From Thermoprotei archaeon (GTDB taxonomy: Archaea > Thermoproteota > Thermoprotei > Thermoproteales > B15-G16), in NCBI GenBank assembly GCA_003649205.1, contig QMRC01000003.1:227429-291428 (forward strand): DNA of 64,000 nt. The letters are read 5' to 3'. Positions 57,102-64,000 of the stretch are shown in pieces. A program made the translations under genes and the position numbers. Position 1 is the first letter of the stretch. Each line of letters opens with the position of its first letter. The notes beneath the pieces were generated by a model that was not told the origin of the DNA, made no database searches, and saw only the letters and a program-made list of their open reading frames with translations.

Positions 57102-58277
57102 TTGGGGATGGTTGTGTATTGGCTACTCAAAGGTCATGCAGATAATGTACTCTACAGTATCAGGAAGTGGGTTATGAATGGTAAGTTCTTATGGGGATTT
57201 CATAGCGGTCTCTATAGACTTTGGGAAAGAGAACTGCAAGCTGGACACATCGTTTTCATTTATGCTAATTTGCCAATTGGTGCAATAGTATTTCTCGGGA
57301 AGATAGTTAGGAAGTTTGAAGATAAGACCGAATTCTGGCCAATAGATTCTAAGTATGGAGATTCATGGCCTTACAGAATAGAGGTTGAGCCTCACCAATG
57401 CTTACTCGGACTTAAAGATCGCCTGCAAACACTAAGTGAAGGTGAGCTACTTAAAGTACTCAAGAGCCTTGGTATTACTAGGCATGAACTTAGGGAGAAG
57501 TTTGGTGTGGAAGTTATACCAGGTTCGGTTCAACGGCTTTCAGATGAAGTAGGCTTGAGGGTAGAGGAGCTATTTACTGCTCGTATCGAGCAGATTGCTC
57601 GGGTTGGTGACAGAGTGAGGAAAGTTATCAGAAAATTTAATCCAGTAATGCTTCAAGCATTGTTCATACTTCCGGGGGAGGATAAGTTTGAAAGGTACCT
57701 GCAGCTACTAGGTTATATTCTTAGGAAGCTATTGCTGCCTAAGGTTATGGAGCTTGCTGAAAATGCTGTATTTACTCGTGATGAAATAGTCAATGTAGCA
57801 AGTGAGTTTCTGAGTACTTCAGGTATTAATCTACCAGCTGAGCGTTGTAATCGTGAACTTAAGCCACGACTAACTAACGATCTAAGGAGATTAGACATAG
57901 TTCGAATAGATAACTTTCTTAGTGACTGGTCAACAGATAAGGTAGCACGTCCAGGTAAGACACTACTGTTCCTAGCTAGCAAACTACGCAATGTACCTAC
58001 GGACTTGCTGCTTGGTGCTATAGCCATAGCATCTGCTGCACTCGTAGGGGAGACCCCATGTTGCGAGGTCTTACGCCATCTCCTAGTTGGTGACATAGTT
58101 GCAGTAAGCAAATTAGCCGAGAAATATGAGAGTGAAGTCAAGGTTACTGAATTAGAGAAACTGCTTAATGCTGTACAACTCGAGTTGAAGAAATATCGTG
58201 AGGTAGTAGGACATGTACTATGGAAGTATGGTGTAAGCTACAGACTTATAACTCGCCTCTTAGGGGAATTGCCTTAA
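57102..58277 (+). CDS. EVE/PUA-like domain protein
   Basis: YWLL....N......WG...LQAGHIVFIY...GKI......FWP...WPYRI. Confidence 0.72.
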   Translation: MGMVVYWLLKGHADNVLYSIRKWVMNGKFLWGFHSGLYRLWERELQAGHIVFIYANLPIGAIVFLGKIVRKFEDKTEFWPIDSKYGDSWPYRIEVEPHQCLLGLKDRLQTLSEGELLKVLKSLGITRHELREKFGVEVIPGSVQRLSDEVGLRVEELFTARIEQIARVGDRVRKVIRKFNPVMLQALFILPGEDKFERYLQLLGYILRKLLLPKVMELAENAVFTRDEIVNVASEFLSTSGINLPAERCNRELKPRLTNDLRRLDIVRIDNFLSDWSTDKVARPGKTLLFLASKLRNVPTDLLLGAIAIASAALVGETPCCEVLRHLLVGDIVAVSKLAEKYESEVKVTELEKLLNAVQLELKKYREVVGHVLWKYGVSYRLITRLLGELP

Positions 58278-58452
58278 GCTACTACGAAAGGTCCTTACAG
58301 ACATTCTAGATATATCACCTTTGCTTATGAACACTAAGCGATACATTGCAGGAGACACACCATGTGGCGATTGCATTGTGCCATTGTTTGTGAATTTAGC
58401 GTCTCGAAGAGCTTTTATCTTCGTTGCAGTATGTGTGTCCAGATGATACATT

Positions 58453-58737
58453 GTGCAGTTTGTTAAGTTGAAGAGGAGGTACAATCCACGTCTTTATCCT
58501 AGCGTTAGTGTTGGTGTTGATCGATTGTATAGGGATTTGCAGAGTGTTCGTGGTTTTGGTGGGTGGTTGTCTCATTTCGCTATGTATGACTTAATTAGGA
58601 TCTATGGGTTTAGGGTGCTGAGGGGCTTGAGGTTGTCGAGGAGGATAGTTGATGAGTTGAGGTGTTTGGGTTTGAGTGAGGAGGATTTTGGGTCTGAGGG
58701 ATGCCCTTACGTTGATGCTGCATTGTTGGTCCTTTAA
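58453..58737 (+). CDS. Hypothetical protein or gene fragment
   Basis: 94-aa ORF at the compositional boundary; no motif. Confidence 0.3.
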   Translation: MQFVKLKRRYNPRLYPSVSVGVDRLYRDLQSVRGFGGWLSHFAMYDLIRIYGFRVLRGLRLSRRIVDELRCLGLSEEDFGSEGCPYVDAALLVL

Positions 58738-59390
58738 GTTCTTTCTTTTCACTCAGATTGTAATGTTGCGTGTTTACTACTGTCGGATACTGGTGATGTG
58801 TGTTTAGGTTATTGTGTGGAATGTGGTGTAGGTAAATCATCCTATTTTCATCGCTGTGTTTGACGAGGATTTGTATTCTGTGGTCTAGTGCTAGGTGTCT
58901 TTTTCATTAATGTTGGTTATTGGTATTGTATCTCTCCTACGTTTTTAGTTACTACCTGTTTTGCTTCGTTGAGTGTTAGGTCTTGTATTTTGTATTTTTG
59001 AGTTATGTTGAGAGGTCTTAGCTTAGAGGTTCTTAGTTAGTGGGTTTATGTTGAGGAATTTTGCTGGTAATTGTGCTCCTGTTATTTTGTGAGTGTTTGA
59101 AGTGGGTTAGGTTTCTTAGTGGGATTGCTGGTTCTGGAGGTGTAGGTGGTGTTCTGGGTCTGGTAGTGGTGTTGGGTTGTTGATTATTCATAGTTGTGTA
59201 CTCAAAGCTAGTGCTGGTATGTTGAGTATTGTTCCTTTCTATTCCCTAGGTGTTGGAGTGATTGTGGTTTTCTAGGTGATTATGCTGGTTTTTCGTCTGT
59301 GGGTCTAGCTAGATCTGCTAGATTTTTTATCTTTTCAGGTTCTAAGTTGGATTTATATTTGTTTTGGAGTTAGGTTATTGAGGTGGAGAT

Positions 59391-60077
59391 GTGGTGTTTG
59401 CTGTTGTTCCTTCGGTCGTTATTTATCTTTTGGATGTTGCTGGTGGTAGGGTTGTTGGGTTGAAGAGGGTTCAGAAGCTTATATTTTTGGCACTTTATAC
59501 GAGGATTGAGGGTGATTATCTTGAGTTGGATCCTGTAGATAGGTCGGTGCTTCGTGAATTTAGGTATGTAATTCATAGGTATGGTCCTTCATCAGCTCCG
59601 GTGTATAGGGCTGTTGTGAAGGAGTTACCTAGTAAGGGTTTTGTGGATGCTGTACGTGGTGAGGTTTGTTGGGAGTTTAGGTTGAATGTTGATGAGTTGT
59701 TGTGTAGGGAGGTTGAGGAATTTCTTGAACGTTCATGTCCTGGATTACCCGAGAGGATAAGGCGAATTTCCTCTAGGTTTATTCATTTTAATCCTGATAA
59801 GTTGACTGTTATTTCGTTGAGAGTGCTTGGTTTGACGGATTTTACTAAGGAGTTGTACAGGGGTTTTTCTGTTGATGAGCTTATCGATAGGTTGAGGCAA
59901 GTTAGGGGTGTTGTGGACGCTGTATTTGTGGAGTTAGCTCCTCAACTCAATGAAGTTGGTAGGGTTATTGAAGAGGTGTTTGGTAGGGATTTCAGTTATA
60001 GTGGTGAGAGGCGGAGGAAGTTACGTGAGGAGTTAGATAGGTATTTGATGAAGGGTGAGAAGGAATTGGATATGTAG
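59391..60077 (+). CDS. SocA/YwgA-like (Panacea-type) putative antitoxin
   Basis: GLKRVQKLIFL and F.Y....YGP.S motifs. Confidence 0.65.
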   Translation: MVFAVVPSVVIYLLDVAGGRVVGLKRVQKLIFLALYTRIEGDYLELDPVDRSVLREFRYVIHRYGPSSAPVYRAVVKELPSKGFVDAVRGEVCWEFRLNVDELLCREVEEFLERSCPGLPERIRRISSRFIHFNPDKLTVISLRVLGLTDFTKELYRGFSVDELIDRLRQVRGVVDAVFVELAPQLNEVGRVIEEVFGRDFSYSGERRRKLREELDRYLMKGEKELDM

Positions 60078-60110
60078 TTCCATGTATCTTTCAACGTTTG
60101 TTTTAGGGTA

Positions 60111-60668
60111 GTGGGGTTGATGAGTTCGTTTAGGAGAATTGACATAGCTGTAGTTGAAACAGAGTTTCTGTTTGCAATAGTTAACCCAAGGGATAAGCTA
60201 CATGAGTATTACTTAGCTATGTTGGATGCTGTTGCCATGAATTCCATAGGTAAGGTACTGATAGCACCTACGTCCTTTGTTGAGTTATTTCTGGTTCATT
60301 TATCTAGAGGGGCGGTTTCACAGTTTAGGTTAGTGATTAATGCATTGAATAACGTTATTAAGAGGGTTAATGACGTATTGAAGAGGTATAGGTATCAACT
60401 TCTCGCTTTTCTGCAGCAGGTAGAGGATGTGATTACTATTGGTAATGTGGATGTTAGGGATTTCATATTTGCTCAAAGTTTTAGAGATAGGTTCCCAAAG
60501 GAGTCTCCGTGGGATTTGTTAGTAGCAGGTTTCTATGAGAGGGTGAGACAGGATAATAGTGGGAAGATTGTAGCTATAGTGTCTGGTGATGTTGTGTATA
60601 GGAGGTTAGGTTGTTTACATGTATCTGTTAAGGAATTTCGAAGAATTGGGAGGGTTAAGTTAGGTTAG
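60111..60668 (+). CDS. PIN-domain (VapC-like) protein
   Basis: VVETEFLFA..N..D.LH, SFVE, WDLLVA, SGD..Y. Confidence 0.75.
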   Translation: MGLMSSFRRIDIAVVETEFLFAIVNPRDKLHEYYLAMLDAVAMNSIGKVLIAPTSFVELFLVHLSRGAVSQFRLVINALNNVIKRVNDVLKRYRYQLLAFLQQVEDVITIGNVDVRDFIFAQSFRDRFPKESPWDLLVAGFYERVRQDNSGKIVAIVSGDVVYRRLGCLHVSVKEFRRIGRVKLG

Positions 60669-60769
60669 CTGTGGAGGGCGTATCTTCGAAGTATAGTTTT
60701 GCATCTTCTAAGTGCTGACGTGGTTGGTGTTTTTAGGTTGCGGTCTCTGGTTGCTCTCTGAGATATTTT

Positions 60770-61252
60770 ATTTTGTGGTTAGTGCTAGATTGTGCGATGT
60801 TGTTCTTAATTTACTTCGTGAGTTTGCTCGTAGGAGGGGTAAGTATGTTGATGAGTTTGACCTTGGTCTCATTTGTAGGGAGCTTGATCCTGGGCTGAGG
60901 TTGAAGTTATTCTAAGTTTCATGAGAGGTTTCTTAGTGATGCTGAGGAGCTTTATAGGAGGGGTGATTTGGTTGAGGCTGGTGGGAAGTATTGGGGTGCT
61001 GTTACTGCGTTGCTTAATGCTGTTGCTTAGTTAAGGGGTTTACCTCACTTTACTCATAGGGATTTGTGGGATGTTGTTGAGTTCCTTGTTGGTAAGACTG
61101 GTGATCCTGAGTTTTCGACGTTGTTTAGGTTAGTTGAGGGTTTGCATGCTAATTTCTATCATAATTTCATGAGGAGGGAGTTGTTTGAGAAGCATAGGGA
61201 GGGTGAGTTGGGACTCATTGAGGTGCTTAGGGAGTTGATTGATAGGGTGTAG
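60770..61252 (+). pseudogene. PaREP1-family pseudogene
   Basis: Frameshift near 60913 and in-frame TAG near 61028; pieces read FLSDAEELYRRGDLVEAGGKYWGAV...*...HRDLW...LHANFYH. Confidence 0.8.
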
Positions 61253-61832
61253 GGTGTTGCTTGGGGAATTGAATCGGGGTAGTTATTTATTGGTGTGTTG
61301 TGTTTTCCTGTGGTGGTTTGGGTTGGTTATTGATCTGGTTACCTTGGTTTCAATGCTTGTTGCTCAGCTTCCATTAGTTGCTGTTGTTGTTCTAGTACTT
61401 GTTCTGTACATGGAGAGGAGGTTTAGTAATGTTGAGAGGAGATTGGGTGATGTTGTGAGATGTATTGGTGTTCTTGTTGATTTTAATGAGGTTTTGTTAG
61501 GTATTCAGGTTTTGAGGGGTTCTGTATCTGATTCTGAGTATAGGGCTTTGGCTGCTTTGTTGTCTAGTGCTAGGCCTGTGCATAGTTCTAGGTACTATAC
61601 GAAGGAGGTTTATGAGAGGCTTGGTGAGTTACTTAGGAAGGATCCTAATGAGCTTACTTGGGATGATGTTTTTGAGCTTGAGAGGATTTATGAGTTGTTG
61701 CTTAAGGAGGCTGAGGTTTCTGGTAGGTCTGATCTCGTGCGTTATGCTGGTAAGTTGAGGGTTCTCATTGCTATGGCTAAGGGTTTTCTGCTTAAGAGAG
61801 GTGTGTTACCTCCTCCTGGTAGGGTTGTCTAG
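61239..61832 (+). CDS. Membrane-anchored PaREP-like protein, paralogue of 51450-52154 lacking the repeat
   Basis: TM helix then RRFSNVERR; YYTKEVYERLGELLRKDPNELT resembles PLTKEELEFLKKLFSKDINEMT; true start probably downstream. Confidence 0.7.
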   Translation: MIGCRVLLGELNRGSYLLVCCVFLWWFGLVIDLVTLVSMLVAQLPLVAVVVLVLVLYMERRFSNVERRLGDVVRCIGVLVDFNEVLLGIQVLRGSVSDSEYRALAALLSSARPVHSSRYYTKEVYERLGELLRKDPNELTWDDVFELERIYELLLKEAEVSGRSDLVRYAGKLRVLIAMAKGFLLKRGVLPPPGRVV

Positions 61833-61862
61833 GTGTTTGGGCATTGATGTGGGGTTGCGTTG

Positions 61863-62273
61863 CTATACGCATATTATTCCTACGTACTTGAGTTTTCTCT
61901 GTACTAGGTCTATGGTGTGTCCTGTCTTGCTTAGATCTGCTATGCCTATGATTACGTCTTGTCTTGCTCCTAGTTTCTTCAGTGCTTCTTTAATTTCTTT
62001 GGATAATTTTACCATTATGACTGATGTTGCTCCTACTGGTCTACCCTCTATCTCCATGTACTTGAGGTTAACTAGCTTTCCTTCAACTGTACAGCATAGA
62101 CCTACCAGCTTTACTCTTTCTCGTTCTCTCTTTGGTACTGGTTCTACTCCGAGGTAGTTTGCTAGTTCCTCATCTATTACTGTGAAGGTTGCTCCTGTAT
62201 CTACTAGTGCTTGTCCTGCTACCTGGTTCTTCGTTCCTTGGAGAAGTACTTTAGCTAGAATGTGCTGTGTCAT
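61863..62273 (-). CDS. Retropepsin-like aspartyl protease
   Basis: ALVDTGATFTVI, IIG..DL. Confidence 0.85.
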   Translation of the reverse strand: MTQHILAKVLLQGTKNQVAGQALVDTGATFTVIDEELANYLGVEPVPKRERERVKLVGLCCTVEGKLVNLKYMEIEGRPVGATSVIMVKLSKEIKEALKKLGARQDVIIGIADLSKTGHTIDLVQRKLKYVGIICV

Positions 62274-62288
62274 CTATGCTTCATCTCC

Positions 62289-62489
62289 TCACGGTTTTAA
62301 CAGTATTGTCGTTATGATGCTGATCCACATTGTTATGAGTATTCCAACTATCCACCATAGTCTTGACTCTACTCTTCTAATCTCCTCTCTTAGGTGTGTG
62401 ATTTCGTTTTCTACTCTGGTTAATCTCTTGTCCATTTGCTCTAGAATTCCCTCTATTTTCGCTACTCTTGCTTCTAGGTTACTACTCAT
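62289..62489 (-). CDS. Small coiled-coil protein with C-terminal TM
   Basis: LEARVAKIEG...WIVGILITMW; resembles the C-terminal half of 49947-50363. Confidence 0.7.
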   Translation of the reverse strand: MSSNLEARVAKIEGILEQMDKRLTRVENEITHLREEIRRVESRLWWIVGILITMWISIITTILLKP

Positions 62490-62524
62490 TTCCGTATCCC
62501 ATTTCCTCTACTCCTTTGTTTCCT

Positions 62525-62902
62525 TTATAGGCTTCTTACTTTGTTTAGTCTCCTTACTTCTTCTTTTGCGTGGTGGAGTAGTATTGCTCTTATTCCTGGT
62601 TTTCTCTCTATGAGTATTTTGCCTTGTAGTGCTTTTTGTTGGAATGTTGGTGGTGCGTAGTCTAGTAGTTGTATGTCTACTGGTTGTTTGATCTTCTTCT
62701 CTAGTTGTTCTCTTAGTTCGTCTATGTACTGTGGTTCTTGTTGTGGTGGTACTGTGTGTTCTGTGTATACTGCTATGTCTATGTCTCTAAATACTTGTGA
62801 GGTGAGGAATCCTCCATGTAGTACTGCCAGTACTATCTCCTCTCTCTTATTTAGTTCCTGTACTATCTCCTCGATTATTCTCTGTCTCTCTTCCCATGTC
62901 AT
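62525..62902 (-). CDS. Minimal nucleotidyltransferase (MNT) antitoxin
   Basis: LHGGF....RDIDIAV, VDIQLLD.APP.F. Confidence 0.85.
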   Translation of the reverse strand: MTWEERQRIIEEIVQELNKREEIVLAVLHGGFLTSQVFRDIDIAVYTEHTVPPQQEPQYIDELREQLEKKIKQPVDIQLLDYAPPTFQQKALQGKILIERKPGIRAILLHHAKEEVRRLNKVRSL

Positions 62903-62927
62903 GGTTTTTGGTTTTCTCCTTTCTTCT

Positions 62928-63374
62928 TCAAGGGTCCTTAGTTTCGATATATTGCTTCACCTCTTGGATGAATTTCCTAAGTACTTCTACTCCTCCTTTC
63001 TTTGCTTCTTCATATATCTTGAGGTCATCCACTGTCCAGTACCTGTGTACGATGATGTTTCTTAGTGATGCTAGTTTTGCCATTTCTCGTGCTGTTGATA
63101 GGTTTATCACTGTGTTCTCTGCTAGTTTGATGAATGCTTCTCGATAGGTTTCTGCTACTTGGTTGAAGTCTTTTTCGAGTATTGCCACTGCTATGTCTGC
63201 TAGTGCTTCTACTGCTAGCACTATTGAGTACCTTAGACTAAATCTCGCTCTTCTATCTCTGATGAAGGTGCTCTCTTCTGTATTGACTATGCTCTCTATC
63301 TCATCTATGGCCTCGAGTGCTTCTTTGAGGAATTCCTCAACTATTTGCTTGTCGACTTTTGTCATGTTGGTCAC
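62928..63374 (-). CDS. HEPN/DUF86 ribonuclease toxin
   Basis: LRNIIVHRYWTVD (RX4H.Y). Confidence 0.9.
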   Translation of the reverse strand: MTNMTKVDKQIVEEFLKEALEAIDEIESIVNTEESTFIRDRRARFSLRYSIVLAVEALADIAVAILEKDFNQVAETYREAFIKLAENTVINLSTAREMAKLASLRNIIVHRYWTVDDLKIYEEAKKGGVEVLRKFIQEVKQYIETKDP

Positions 63375-63481
63375 TTTACTGATTGACTGGATTGGTTATA
63401 TGGACTGTTCCTCTATGCTTGTTCTCTCCAGTGTATTTTCCTTGGTAGTAGTTCTTATATTGGTGTTCTTGCTCTCTTCGA

Positions 63482-64000
63482 TTGTGTTTGTTTGTGTCTT
63501 CTAGGTTGAGGGATGAGTTTCTTAGGTTGCTTAGGGAGGATGTTGAATTTAGGTATGCTGTAATGGGCTTACTAGGTATTGAGGAAATTCTTAGGAAAAT
63601 TAGTGAGAATACTCAAGCTATTAGGGATTTGCAGAAGCAGGTTAGGGATCTTCAAGAGCAAATTAGAGATCTACAGAGGCAGGTTATTGAACATAAGTAA
63701 GGCGATTAGGGACCTTCAGGAGGTTATTAGGAGGCATGGTGAAATTCTCGAGAAGCATACTGTAGCCATTCTTGAGCTTCAGAGGGAGATTAAGCGTCTT
63801 GGTGATAGGGTTACTGCTCTTGGTGTTAGGTGGGGTATCTATGCTGAGGAGGTTTCTTCAGGAGTACTTTAAGGTTGCTAGGATTGAGAGGTGGTGTTAT
63901 GTTGATGAGGAGGGTTTTGTCTATGGTTATCCTGTTGTTATCGATGTTGATTTAGTTGTTAAGGATGGTGAGCATATACTGATTGAGGTTAAGTCTAGTG
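63482..64000 (+). pseudogene. Coiled-coil + PD-(D/E)XK (DUF3782/DUF1626-type PaREP) pseudogene, runs off the window end
   Basis: EDVEFRYAV.GLLG, heptads, LGVRWGIYAEE, then DEEGFVYGYP...DVDLVVKDGEHILIEVKS in other frames; frameshifts near 63697 and 63860. Confidence 0.75.

Noticed and set aside
1-64000. CRISPR array or cas genes associated with the RuvC nuclease
   Set aside because: No repeat-spacer pattern or cas1/cas2 seen; the tandem repeats at 45.95, 51.5 and 63.6 kb are in-frame coiled-coil repeats.
45781-64000. Integrated provirus/plasmid at tRNA-Phe
   Set aside because: No integrase and no second copy of the tRNA 3' end (att site) was found by eye; it could still lie outside the window.

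Overview
Archaeal chromosomal window, most consistent with Thermoproteota (Thermoprotei): it has TFB, L13e, DUF2153, PaREP-type genes, an intron-containing tRNA and GGTGA-type Shine-Dalgarno motifs. About 1-40 kb is mostly housekeeping: L13e, TFB, RFC small subunit, TrkA/MscS, two GTPases, HisRS, an RsmB-family methyltransferase, DeoC, NagA, a CofE-like ligase, a complete A/V-type ATP synthase operon (H-I-K-E-C-F-A-B-D) and a divergent group 4 [NiFe]-hydrogenase catalytic module. Five convincing C/D-box guide sRNAs and two K-turn H/ACA-like hairpins sit between genes. About 40-64 kb is an accessory/defence region around tRNA-Phe(GAA). It holds a HerA-like ATPase, a TnpB-like nuclease, AAA/ABC ATPase modules, a split McrBC + EVE system, toxin-antitoxin pairs, coiled-coil paralogues and pseudogenes, with striking orientation-independent A/C vs G/T strand-skew domains. 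The best candidate for an undescribed system is 48.68-49.84 kb. There, a 270-aa TnpB-like protein begins directly at RuvC-I (no WED/REC lobe; catalytic D-E-D and Zn finger intact). Its ORF is looped out of a large structured RNA with several K-turns and a ~23-bp stem joining the 5' and 3' flanks. No CRISPR array, rRNA, integrase or TnpA transposase was seen. All family assignments come from motif recognition by eye, not database searches.
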